Source: Octopus bimaculoides (lineage: Eukaryota). Taken from it: 64,000 nt of DNA. A program made the translations under genes and the position numbers. The notes under the pieces are model-generated. The model did no database searches. It saw only the letters and a list, made by a program, of their open reading frames with translations, and was not told the DNA's origin. Of this stretch, positions 51,035 to 64,000 are shown piece after piece. Each line of letters begins with the position of its first letter. The stretch's first letter is position 1. The DNA is taken from NCBI RefSeq assembly GCF_001194135.2, contig NC_068996.1, forward strand, positions 52,817,232 to 52,881,231, written 5' to 3'.

Positions 51035-53177
51035 CTGTATAAAACAACATTATATTACAAGATATCTATATAATAGAAATGTCCTCCTCTTTGATTCATC
51101 TAGAGCAGAAAATCCCATACCCAAAATATGAAGGATTATGAAAATTCTGGAGTTTTCACTTCAATTATCAATGAACAGTAATTAATATTGATGATCAGAA
51201 AAATAGAAATACATTGGCAGAAAGGGAAATTCATGTAAATCAAAATGTGATAAGGTTAAAAAGGTCTATGCAACAAGTAGTTTTAAAATGAATAGAAATT
51301 CACCAAATATGAAAAAGAACAGAGTGCTAAAAAAAGCAAAACACAAAAAGTTAAATTATATTTTTCAGGCACAGGAGCGGCTAGAAGAGGTATCTGTCAT
51401 GAGACAGATTCATGAGAAGATGGAAGCCTGTGGCGAGGAAGCTGGGAGTGTTTGGCACCAGGTAAGTGGGAGCCAAAAACAAGGGAAAGAAAAAGCAAGG
51501 GGTCTACCCTGGTGGTCGGATGCCTATCCTTCAGGAAAGCCATTACAAATTGCATCTGTAATGAGCAATGCTTCAATTGAACATTGTAAATATAATCCAA
51601 TTTTTATTGTGTATTTAAAATTGTAAACATTTAATCGATACAGCTACTTCACCTCTTTTATGTTTGTCTGTCCTTGTTCGTCCCCTTTTTGTAATGCCTT
51701 TATGGTGAATATTTATGAAATAAAGTAGCTTGTTTACCAACCACATAGTTCCAGGTTCAGTACCTTGGGCAAGTATCTTCCACAATAGACTCGGGCAACC
51801 AAAGCCTTGTGAGTGGATTTGGTAGACAGAAACTGAAAGAAGCCCATCACATATATATATATATATATATGCACGTGTATGTGTGTGTGAGCGAGTATGT
51901 ATATTTGTGTATGTTACCCCACCATCACTTTGCAACCGATGTTGGTGTGTTTATGTCCCTGTAACTTAGCAGTTCAGCAAAAGTGACCAACAGAATAAGT
52001 ACTAGGCTTACAAAAAAAAATTCCTGGGGTCAAATTTGTTTGACTGAAGGCGGTGCTCCAGCATGGCCACAGTGACATAACAGAAACAAGTAAAAGAAGA
52101 AATATTCTTTTAGAATTCCTTGTATTAATAAATTAGCTACTATATAATGAATATTTATTGGTACAGTTTTGCCATGGAGAACATCAAGTAGGAATGATCA
52201 CAAGCCAAATGTTCAATGCTGAAGGGACATCGAGCTGAGAATGCAGATTATTTCTTAAAATTTCTTTTATCTTTCAATGATCTTAAATAATCATTGACAG
52301 GGTGGAGCCAAAGGGCATGTGCCCCCTCCCCCCTCAACAAAAGTGCACCTTCTAAATAATGTCATTACGCCTTTTCTTCTGGAATTGTATTCCCTTCAAA
52401 AAAATGCCTGAGATTGTGCCTGATTGATGAGGGATATCTAAAAACAATTTGTAGCATAGGGATCATATGTTCATCAAATGCAAGAATGAAAAAGTTAATC
52501 AAGCAAAAATTGGCACAAACATGTGTAGTTTAGTTGGCTAAAAACTACACGATTTCAGGTTTGATCTCACAGCATGGTACCTTGGTCATTCTTAGGCAAA
52601 AACAATGTGGAAGCCATCAGAGACTATTCCTATTTAAGAATAGTCATCTAGTCTAAAACCTAATCCTTGGGTGCCTTAAGTAAAGTACACTTTGTCACAG
52701 TCAGACAAGGTGTCTGGCCTAAGAAACACTTCTTCTTGTCACCAGCTTTGGAGACCCTAATCTTTCTCCTAAAAATTATAACCGACTAGATTTGTCAGTT
52801 AACTAGCCAGAATGGGTAACTGAAAAAGTGAAACACATTAATAGAATTACAAACTATATCAAGGGTCACATCAGATTGATCAAATGAAGAGCCAATGAGA
52901 GAACCTGTACATGATTTCTTGACCTATTAGAAACAATAGCAAAAAAACTCATTAAAAAAAAAGCTGTAAACAATGGCTAACTATATTAACTTGTAAGAGG
53001 TAGGATGATCATGGCTTAAATATCTAATGGGTCTATTGGATTCACTGTGTCTTCAAAAACAAATTATTATTTTTTTTAAATAAAAGGTCATGATGACATA
53101 TTTCTTGTTAGGTTGATCCCTACAATTTGAGAAGGCAAGTGGTCTGAGCCAGCGAGATTCAATATAAAAAGAAGTTT

Positions 53178-53214
<37 letters not shown>

Positions 53215-56200
53215 TGTGGAACAGGAGACGAAAATGGAAGACTGAAAACAATGTTCAAGTGGAAAGCAAAAGTAAAGAATCCGAAAAAAAAAAAACCGAT
53301 AAAATAACATTCCATAACAAGAAAAGACAAGAATGTAATGAACCTTCAATTGATCTCAACATTGAGAATTCAAATGTTCAAATCAACTTTACCTACTTGT
53401 TAGCATTGACAGATTAAATCAGTGAGACGACTTGTGACAGGGCTTTACAGTACAATCCATACTCAGTCTCCAGAGCTTCTAAGTACTCACTTAACCCGCT
53501 AGAAGCAACAAGCAAATCTACCTCAAATGAAATGCTAGTCATAAAAATTAATCATATATTGCTAAACTAGGACCGTACGAAAATATCTTCTCTTAGGAAT
53601 GACAGAGCTAAGCAACTGTCATAGGACACAAAGACAAAGGAAATGCATTATACAGTGCCGATGGACTGGCTCCTGTGCAGGTGACACGTAAAATACACCA
53701 TTTTGACCGTGGCCGTTACCAGTACCATGTAAAAGCACCCATTACACTCTCGGAGTGGTTAGGGTTAGGGTTAGGAAGGGCATCCAGCTATAGAAACTGC
53801 CAAATCAGATTGGAGTCTGGTATTGCCTCCTGTTCCACCAGTCCTCAGTCAAATCATCCAACCCATGCTAGCATGGAAAGCGGACATTAAACGATGATGA
53901 TGATGATGATGATGATGATGACACGCAGAATATTTCAGAATAGAGATCATTTGGTTTAAGATGCTTTTTTTTTTAACCTAACATATAGCTATAAATGTCA
54001 GGACTAGAGAGAAAACTCCAGTGAAATTCTTAGCTAACAACTGAATGCTCCGTTTTGCATCTGTTGATAACAATGCTGTGTGTGTGTGTGTGATATGGCA
54101 GATGTTTGGGAAACTTTAACCCTTTAGCATGAAGATTACTCTTTCAAAAGTAATGTTTGTTTATTCGCATTGCTTTGAATTAATCATGTATTATCTTGTA
54201 GCTTTGAAATTTTAAACATAGTAGTCTAAGTGTGAGAGGTCAGATTTGGCTGGTTTGAACATAAAACAATGTTTTTGGCCAGATATGGCCAGTTGAAGTG
54301 CCAAAAATTTAACAAGTAGTTTATGAAAACTATGCAAGCTACAAACGAATGCTGATAGCATGATTAGAACTAGAATTTCACATGACATTTTATATTCATT
54401 TTAACAATAAATTTCTGAAATCAGATGACAGGCAGGCAAGAAAGAAAGATGTGGAAAATGTTCAGGAAGCAGCTGTTCCTAAGTATTTCTATTCTGGTGA
54501 AAAGCAGATTGTGAAACTAATGTAAGAAATATGGCACTGCATGGTAGAAAGACATGGTCATCGAGAGTGAATGATAACAGAAATTGAGACAAGCAGAATC
54601 TAGTGAGTGTCTAATGTAAATGCGAGATATAAATGTGAATAACTGAGCTGTGTGAGATGTTCATGAATGATTATCACCAAGAATTGGATGTAAAGTAAAT
54701 TAACCAAATATGGGATGGTAAGAAAGAGTGGTGCAATTTCAAAGTGCAAAAATTCTATCTGACCCATGCAAACATGAGAGAAATGAACATTAAATGATAA
54801 TGTCATTGAAGTGTAACACAAAAACTGAATTCCATCTAATGAGGAAAATTAACTGATAGCCCTAACCATATATTTTGAAATTACTGAATTTGGAGAAGAA
54901 ATCCAAGTTTTTAACAACCAATAGATCTTATGAGTAAATTTAATGTGCATAGAATGTGAAAAAGAATGACTGAGACAGGAAGGGTGGGGGGGATAAGTAG
55001 TTAAATGAATAGAAAGGATAGTTGTGATCAATGGCAACATTCAGAGAAAGTTATAGAGTATCCCAAGTAGTAATGGCATATTATATTGAAGCAGAGTGGA
55101 GATTATGTGATACTAATAAAGCAGTCGATATCATAGTCCTGGGGTGGTATGCACATTTGGCAAAGGTTTGTACTTCCAAGAAATCAACAAAGGAGTTAAT
55201 CTAGTTAGGGGATAATATTGGCTCTAATAGCAACCAAAATTCCAAACTATTTTAACCACTTCTGTAGATCACATCCTCCAGTTTATAGCACATAAAATAT
55301 AAAGAATTTCCTCCTATTAGATGGTACAGATTTCATTATAATGTAATCCAAGATGATTATCGGTAATTATCTCCCTGTAGCATTAATGGCTAAAAACATA
55401 AAATGAGGCTCAATTTTAAAATTGTAGTTTGCTGAATGGTTGTGAATATAATGCTGGTAAAGGCTAACATGATTAGAAGATAGACTAAAAGTTGTATGGT
55501 CTGTGCTAAGAAATGAGTGAACACTAATGAAACAATTAGCAAAACCAGCTGATGCATTTTTTGCATCTACCATTTCAATATAAACTAGAAAATGGCTTCT
55601 AGATAGGATTTCTTTCAAGAAAGCAAATGATCCATCTCGTTTTCCAATCAAGCTTTTTTAAAACCTGTTTTAAGATTTGTGTGCATTCTTCATGTCAACC
55701 TTTTACAACCCTTATACATAACTTTTTTTAAACAAGTGAACATTTTTATATCTACATTCAGATATAATTCTACTCAGATATGAAAAACAAATATTACATG
55801 CTATATCCAAACTACAAAACAAGCACAAGTTTGATCATATATTTAAGAAGTTTACTCCACAGCTAAGCAGTTCCTAGTTCAGTCCCATTGTGTGGTATTC
55901 TGGGGGAAAATATCTTCAACTACAGGTTTGAATCAATAACCAATGAGTGGAATTTGGTAAGCACATATTGTACAGGAGCCCATCATGTACTTGTGTGACT
56001 GTTTATTATGCTGTGTTCCTTTATGTGCTGTAACTTAGTAGTCTGACAAATAGATCAATAAAATAAGTATTAGATTGAAATAAGATGTTATGAATTAAAT
56101 GCATGACAGCGGTGTTCCACATGGATGCATAATGACAAAAACAGAAAAAGCTGTGTATTTGGTAACTTGTTCTACTTCAAAGAAGTTGATGAACAAAGGC

Positions 56201-58959
56201 TCGATTCCAACTGTGACCATTTCTTTTGAGGAGCAAAGAAGGAATATATTATCAGATTTTTCTTTCATTTATCTAAGATGGTAGTAGTGTAAATTGAAAA
56301 ATCTCTTGGCTTTCTGTAGCAATTTGGTCTTCTAGCTAGTAAGTGCGTTAATTTTATATAATTCAATGACCATATTGTAAAAATTATTAGTCATTTTTAT
56401 ACAAAGGTTTCCAAATTGGGATACATGTGCCTCCAGGAGTATATTTGCTCTTCTCAATGCCTGGAAGTTTAACCAAGCTGTACAATGTAGCAACAAATTT
56501 GTTACGAAACTAATTTATAGAAACATTTCAAAATATAGTCATTGCATGCAGTAGCAGTGACCAGATGCATTTTCTCTGGCCATACCATATAGGCTGGAGA
56601 ATAGGAATAAATTTCAATTCAAGTATACCCATTCCAAATTATGAAAGCTGGAATTTTCCTGTAAGTACAAAATACTCTGACTTCATTTCTCCATTTAAAA
56701 ATAAAACAAAATTTCATCTTTTCCGATTATATAGTCTTTGACCAAGAGAACTGCATTTTTCTCAGCTCTTCAAAGGCCTGCTTACAATAATTCTCTCCCC
56801 AGAATCTAAGATTTCGAAATGAGGATTGTGAAATTTCATGTGGATCATTACTTAACCGAATTACATACCATAACACTATATCACCAAGATATTAATGTTA
56901 AATTATTTTCCCTGAGCTGGTACAATAAAAATATGGAAAATTATAACAGAAGATAGAAAAAACAATCTATTAGGTTTTCTAAAAACTAAAATCTATTGAT
57001 ATCACTGAGAAGTATACAATGATCTTGTAAAAAAAAACCCCCTGAATTCCTGAATTATGCTTAATCAACTTTCCCGTTATTAATTGCAACTATCACTGCT
57101 CCATCTCACTTTCAATCTTCCATGAATTTCATTATTTTATTCAAAATGCAACTCCTCTGGCTGCCAACTACCATCCTAATTTACTAATCTTCTTTCTACC
57201 CATTAGATATATGAACATATGAAAAAAAAACATTCAGAGATCAACTTGCAGCTGAAATTTATATCCATAGTGCACAATGGTATTATTCTAGTATTTAGTT
57301 TCTTCTAGCAAAAGAAGTGGTAATGTGTTCTTGGAGCTGAAACTAAAACTACAGTCCAGTGGCATATAGTAGAAATGTCTCCTGACATTTTGAAAGAAAT
57401 AATTGGCAAGATTTATGTTTGAAATTTTGTTAGCAGTTCAACTTGGTTCTATCACCATCATTTAACATCTATTTTCCATGTTGGTATGGAGTGAATGGTT
57501 TGACAAGCTGGCAAGTCAGTTGACTGCACCAAATTCTGCTGTCTGCATGTCCTTCCTAATGCCAACCAGTTTACAGTTGTACTGGGTGCAATTTAGCGAG
57601 GCCATCAAGCAGTTTGCAAGACAGAGACCTCTCAACTGAGAGGGAAATAGTGTTGAGTGAAGTGGCTTTGTGCCAGGCGATGAGAGGCTTGAGTGTAAAT
57701 AGAGGGACAGAAGCAGGCATCTTGCTGTGGAGGAGATACATGGCTACCTTGGTTGGAGGAAAGTGAGATGGTGAAGGTAGATGGGAAAAAATGTGCTTAG
57801 TTGTTGCTAGTGTTTGCATAGCATGAAAGAAATGAAGACACAAATGAATATTATTGAGGAAAGCAACAAGCAGATGATGTTCAAAATAGGTTCATTTTTC
57901 AAACACGATTTAAAATAAAATTTGAAAAGCTGCACAAATGATGGGACATGGCTACTGTTAAGATGAATGTAAAGCTTCAATATCCCCTAATATAGTTTTT
58001 ATGTATCAATTTGGCATAAACAATCTTGCCTGATTAGCTATCCAGTGAATTATCTGTCAAGATTGTCCCTCCATGTTTACAAAACTTGTGTGTGAAAATT
58101 TTGGTACTATTCACAATATATCACTTCTGTACAAATGTAAACTGGTATTAAGAAATGAAAAAAATCCTTTAAGAGCTCCAAAGAGAATTGCTGGAATTTT
58201 TCAGCATGTTAACAAAAAGGGATTTTTATCACTTCCATTACAGATCACTTTTTTTCTTTCTGAATCTTTATTTCTGATGCTGTAAATGTGCTCTTCAAGA
58301 AAGAGATGGAAACATTTGTACCTAAGTTCAGAATATTTACTGCAAAATTACACCAGTGGAGAAGAAATAAGCAACTTGATACTTTGATCTAGAAATTCTA
58401 TCATAGTAATAAATATAGTTAGAGTTCCAATGTGAGACATATTCAAATATGTAAGTGGAACTTAATGGATATTCTGTGTGTGTCTTTGGAATCCTTTAAT
58501 CACAAACACTCAGGTATGCAAGAGAAGCTGATACATGACAATTCAGCATGTAGTGTATTTCTAAGAAAAGTTTGCATGATCTTTGGTTTTGGATGTAAAA
58601 TTCATAAAAAGGAATGCTGAACCCACAATTTGAGCCCTGCTGTTATCTTTAACATTTGTGAGTCATCATTGTCAATAATGTTAGGGATTAAATCACAAAA
58701 TGTATTTAGTGAAACAGTTGCTGAAGTTTCTTCTCATTAAACATTAATAAAAACCTTAATACTAACAAATTGAAATGATTACTCACAGGATATTCTATAA
58801 AGCTGCAAGAGAAACTTAAATTTCCCAAAATCTTTAATGGTTAAATTTTATCAACATTTTTTCCCCCCTTAACTTTTAGGAGTACAGGGGAATTTGCCAG
58901 AAAGCCCAAAAAATACGAAAGAAAAACTTAGGTTGTTTTATTTGATTATTATTATATTG

Positions 58960-59715
58960 TCCCTGATCTCATTCCAGACATGATCTCTAAGTGAGATTCT
59001 CAATATCAACCTTTCCATAGCTCTGTTGTTGTTTTCACTTCCTCAAGGCCCAAGTCTCACAGGCATATAACATTGCAGACAAGACTGTGTTGCCGAAGAG
59101 ATTAGGTTTACCTTCAGAACATCCTTCACTAAGTTCAAGGCTCTCCCTCCTGCACTTACCCTTCATGAGATCTCATTCTTTATCTCTTGCCTCATAGACA
59201 CATTCTGCACCGAGATACACATAGCTGCTCACCTCTTCTATTTCATTGCCTCCAACTGTTAGGTGACCAATTGGTACGCCCTCAGACCGTATGAACTTGG
59301 TATTTGTATGGTTGATCTTCAGGCCAATTGCTGAACCCCTGAAATCCAGTTTGTATAGCATAGCTTAAGCCTTTGAGATAAGCATATGACTACTGGCATG
59401 ATCAACCAGGGATAGAACTGGAGTGAAGGACATCATCACAGAATACCACCATACAAAGCTAAAATGGGGTGGTCATGTTGCAAGGTTCACAAACAATTAA
59501 TGGACATGTGCAGTTGTCAAGTGGTACCCATGCAAATGGAAGAGACCACTCAGAAGACCTCCAATCAGGTGGGGGAGATGATTTAAAAAAGATGTTTGGA
59601 ACAATGTGGAGGAGAATGGCAAGAACATGAGGGGAATGGAGCAAATGCTGTAGCCAGCAGAGTTGGCTCGGCACCAGACAGCCTGGCCAATCCATGTGAT
59701 TATAGTTATTTAAGA
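58960..59715. mobile_element. 5'-truncated RTE LINE with an inverted 5' segment
   Basis: 58960-59403 reads on minus (IGLKINHTNTK...IEEVSSYVYLG...RDHVWNEIRD); 59407-59715 reads on plus (RDRTGVKDII...KWGGHVAR...RPPIRWGDDL). Confidence 0.88.
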
Positions 59716-59904
59716 GTAATGCCATTTAATTCTTCAAACCAGTTTTACAATCACTTGATTTTATGAAATGTGTTGCAAGTAGGAGGAATAAAAGACGAAC
59801 CAAGTTTATACATGTAACTTCACCCACAACTTATTTTACACTTAAATAGATACAAATATCCACAGGGATTATTTTATACTTTGTGTTTTATGAACTTGAC
59901 CTTG

Positions 59905-60049
59905 TTGTAGTAAAGATTGTTTGCCAACATAACATGGCAGTCCTGGTTTTGGACTAATGTTGCTGTAATTTAGCCCCAGGAGAAATTACAACAACATTAG
60001 TTCTAAACCAGGATTGCCATATTATGTTGGCAAACAAGCTTTACTACAA
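59905..60049. mobile_element. Centrally deleted copy of the 18730 foldback element
   Basis: Outer 60-70 bp arms retained; the inner ccaggagacat...atgtctcctgg region is lost. Confidence 0.88.
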
Positions 60050-60799
60050 AGTACTGTTGTTAAATATCTCACGTTGTGAGATTTAAAGACTAATTTTGAC
60101 CTTGTTGGTACAGATTTCCAACAGACCAATAAATGATTTACTGCATTTCAATGGCAAGTGTGATAAGAAGAGTATGTAAAATTTGAACGGATTAAATACC
60201 AAATTCTTTTGTTTCAGACACTAGTTTATGGTTAATTAGTACATCCTTTGCTAATATGTTTTTCCAGTTTGTCAATCCAAATTTCATTCACAGAATACTA
60301 ATCAACACTTGCCTAAGGTACTGTGCAGTGAAATTGGACACAGACCATGGCATAGTTAACTTTGTATGTATCTGTCCACACACGTTTACTTGTTGTCTTA
60401 CCAACTGCTGCTCAATATAATTTGATTGTCCACGTTTACCAAAATATATCCAATCTATGTATCAGTCTTCTAGAAATATTGGGGGGGAGGGGTAGAAAGA
60501 AAGATGTTCAGCTATGATATATATATGCATATTTATAAATCTGTGTTCATTCTTGTCAACAAAAACAAGCAGGTTTCATTAGTTAGGAGTTGATAGCTTT
60601 CCATGGAGATGGTACAAAACCTATAAAATCAAATGTAAATAAACTGAAATGGCATCAAACCAAAAACTTAAAGTGAAAATTTGAAATGAAATTTAAATTC
60701 AAAGAGAAACAAAAAAACAAACAAGAATTCAAAAAGAGCATGCATGGATATTACTGTTTTTTCTAAACTTTGCTGGTGCAAAATTAATGAGTATACAGG

Positions 60800-61340
60800 G
60801 AGAATTCTAAGTTCCTCTACAATGAAGTAACTAAAGGAGGTCATTGAAAGTAGCAAGGACTTAGGATTTTTTGGAAGCAAAATGGATTTTCTATTTGCTG
60901 AAACAAGAGGACAACTCAGTGAAATTGCTAAGCGTAAGATAATCACAAATGAAAGAGAGAGAATACATTGCTCAATATTAGATGTATTTAATTCATTGGC
61001 AACTATTGTAAATGTGCATGCAACAAAATTCTTAGTGTGAAAAAGTATGTATGTAAGCTAGACACAGAGCGTGAAAGAGGAAGATAGTCTGATTTTGCAC
61101 TCTCGATACAATCATTGTTACAAGGCAGCTTTAGGAGAAATGTAAAGGGCAACATTAGGATCTGTCAAATGTTTGACACAGTAAACAGGAAAACTTATGT
61201 AGGATGTTCTCAGAAACTGGCCACCTGCCCAAGAACTCATCCACCAGTTCTACACAGGAATGATAGTCTGAGTACTTGGAGGACAGATGTGTCTGTGCAT
61301 CAATTGTAAAAATGGGTTATGCATGACTGTACACCAGTTC
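60800..61340 (+). mobile_element. Possible very old piggyBac transposase C-terminal remnant
   Basis: Fragments YNEVTKGG, GHLPK and LCINCKNGLCM in shifting frames resemble YN..KGGVD and the Cys-rich tail; weak. Confidence 0.3.
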
Positions 61341-61649
61341 CTGAAATGCTTAAGATTTTCTTTACCTATTCTACACAGAAGGATAAAACGGGATAAACTA
61401 TTAACTTTTTAGTTAATAAAAGTTTTTCCAACATAAGGCAGTTATCTGAACAAACCTGAGCTTATAGCATACTGAAGACTGAATAGTAATGAAAGAATGC
61501 AATTGGCTAATCATTTATCAATAACACATGGTACCACCCTTCCAATTACTTTCTCAGCAGAACAACAATAACTAGCTTGCATCATTTCCAATGACCCTGC
61601 ACAAGATGAAAAAATTCTAAATTACAGGTTTCTTACCAAGATCTTTGTC

Positions 61650-62050
61650 AACTGAATATTGTTTCCTATATAGTGTAAATTAAGGACTACATATCTGACA
61701 TGATTCTGGAGTCCTTTAGCATCCAGTGTCTCAAGAAGATTCTTTCAATTACATGATAAGATAGGACTGTGCATACAAATATCCCTATTGAACGAAAACC
61801 AACAGCACTGATCACTCTAGACAAACAACTTGCATAGAGTGATCCATGATACTACATGGACATATAGTTCACGCACTTGATTCACATCTCCATAGAATCC
61901 TCTACAACCAGTTACAGCATGACCAATGCCTGGTTGGAAAGTAAAATAACTGGTTTAAAGACCACCTGACAATTCATTTAAGGATCAACAACAACCATCC
62001 AAAAGTCAAAGACTTCATTGCCGGATGTCCTCAGAGAGGAATTGAAGAGG
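61650..62050 (+). mobile_element. Degenerate RTE/BovB-like LINE 3' fragment
   Basis: LESFSIQCLKKILSIT..DRTVHTN resembles LE.FH.RCLRRIL.I.WQD.VTN. Confidence 0.7.
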
Positions 62051-62261
62051 AATATAGAGGCAAAACATTTAGTACAACCAAAGTAGTACTTGAAGGTTTA
62101 GGATCATCATCCTAATGTTAGGTGTGCAGCTTCAGTTGCAAATAGGACATTGTTTTAATATGTACTTTCTGTGCTTGCATGGATCAAACAGAATTTGTTG
62201 AGAGATTTTCTACAGCTGAATGCCCTTTCTGTTGCCAACCCTCATACTCCCAAGCAAGATA

Positions 62262-63052
62262 CGAGGGGGTACCCAAAAGAAAATGGAATTTTGCAATATT
62301 ATTTTATTCACTTAGTTCTACATGTTTACACTTATCACCTTCAAAGTATTCTCCATTTGAAGCAGTGCGTCAGCCCAAACGCGTTTTCCACTGTTAGAAG
62401 CAGTGCCGGAACTCTTGCTAACTGATGCCTTTTAACACCTCCATCGTTTTTTTCTTCACTTCTTCCACATCTGCAAATTCCGTAGCATCAGCTTTCATCA
62501 TCGAAAGAAGGTCCAAATCAACTTCCAACTGTTCTTTTCAGTCCATGACTGCTTTTGATCTTCTGTCAGCCAGCAAGATACAAATTTTGCTGCAACTCTT
62601 TTCATTTGCAATTCCTCACTCAAAGTTTTTGGCAGGTGCTCCAGGACACACCAGTCACATCAACTGTTGTTTGGTGATGATCCTCCAAGATCAGTTCATG
62701 AACTCTTTATTCGTTCAGAAGGTCAGTGGCCATCCTGAATGAGGTTGGTCTTCAAGCAGCAAATGACCATTCCTAGAGTGTGGAAACTACTCATAAATTA
62801 GTGTTTTGCTCATGGCAGCGTCCTTGTAAGCTGTTTGAAGCATGACAACTGTTTCAGCAGAAAACAATTTCATGGAAGTACGCTGTTCCATCATTTCAGC
62901 CATCACAAAAATTGACAAACAGGGGAGATGCACTGCAAAACAAAGAGGTATCACATAGCAAACTGATGCCTGACTTCTAGTGGTGGAAGCCTGAACTACA
63001 ATGGGTTTATCCCACAGAGAATGTCTCCAGTTACTTTTGGGTACCCCACCTG
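62262..63052 (-). mobile_element. Internally deleted mariner (about 790 bp) with both TIRs and TA TSD, inserted in a family A SINE
   Basis: TA-cgagggggtacccaaaag ... cttttgggtaccccacctg-TA; MEQRTSMKL...MLQTAYKDAAMSKTLIYE joined to FADVEEVKKKTMEVLKGI. Confidence 0.88.
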
Positions 63053-63325
63053 TAATTTCCCCATGACCAGACCTGATTCTCAGAGAAGAGTGGAAACATA
63101 TGATGCTCATTTAAAATCATCACATGATGCCAAGACACACACACACACAAGAGGATTCTTTCAGTTTCTGACTATCAAATCCACTAAAGCTTTGGTCACC
63201 CTAGGGCTATGTGGAAGATCCTTATCCAAGTGGAACTGAACCCCAAAACACATGATTGGGAAGGCTGTAGTAATCAAAAGAACCGCAAAGATTCAATGGA
63301 CAACCGTAAGCCAACACGTTTGTAT

Positions 63326-63363
<38 letters not shown>

Positions 63364-63829
63364 AAAAAGAGATTGTTTAGCCTCAAACTAATCTTGACAA
63401 AGCAGATATGCAATCAAAAAGCTATGCTCATCATTGTCAGTTTGGAGTATGCACAACTGTATTTTTCAGTAAATATTTTTTCATCAGTACAATATGCTAG
63501 GAGGGAGATTTGGATGTTATTTCTAGTAGGACAAGCAGACACGAGGATCCCTTGTTGGCTTTTCAATATGTAAGGAGATACACTGAACTATGTATGTGAA
63601 AGGAAAGACGTTAAAGCATGTGAAACAAAGAGATGTTTCAGTATATGTGGGACAGAGAAACAGAGAGAGGGAGAGAAACAGTGAGAAAGAGAGAAACAGA
63701 ATGGGAGAAGGGGAGAGAGAGAGAGAGACAGGGGAGAGACGGAGAGGGAGAGAGAAAAAGACAGAGCAAAAAAGATGTTCTTGTGTATTTGGGGAAGTGA
63801 GAGAAATATCCCGATGTGTGTAAGAGAGC

Positions 63830-64000
63830 AAGAGAGAGATCCTGGTGTATGTGGGGGAAGGAGATGTCCCAGCCTATGTGAGGAGGGGAGAGGTGTCCCG
63901 GACTGTGGTGGTGGGGGAGAGAGGTGTCCCAGCCCATGTGGGGGAGAGAGGTGCTCCTGCCCATGTGGGGGGGGGAGGTGCTCCTGCCCATGTGGGGGGG
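63830..64000. repeat. G-rich minisatellite (cc(a/t)gcccatgtggggga..gaggtg), preceded by a GA-rich low-complexity tract
   Basis: Direct inspection; runs off the window end. Confidence 0.8.

Overview
AT-rich, repeat-dense eukaryotic DNA with several N gaps. The SINE families and the near-identity of the one host gene to squid synaptobrevin (recalled sequence) point to an octopus genome, probably a short-read assembly (inference). The one recognisable host gene is a minus-strand neuronal synaptobrevin/VAMP (R-SNARE) at about 24.9-51.0 kb, reconstructed by hand from splice sites; none of its exons is correctly represented in the ORF track. Its architecture is unusual: a split start codon (AT|G) on a 23-nt microexon, a skippable 42-nt Pro/Gly exon, two tandem 52-nt transmembrane exons in the same phase, and at least three short terminal exons that each begin Val-Trp (VWVFA*, VWVANKYG*, VWQVNENK*). 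One 80-nt SNARE exon is missing from the called bases and probably lies in the 949-nt gap. The rest is transposon debris: RTE LINEs, SINEs, a Helitron, mariner/maT, MITEs and two LTRs. Three transposon-derived structures stand out: an LTR followed by a polarised tandem array of CCA-ended antisense tRNA-Trp copies, a 430-bp palindrome with a hammerhead-like core in each arm just past the gene's poly(A) signals, and an RTE LINE with a clean 5' inversion. Coordinates were counted by hand; repeat boundaries are approximate and family names rest on recalled motifs, not database searches.
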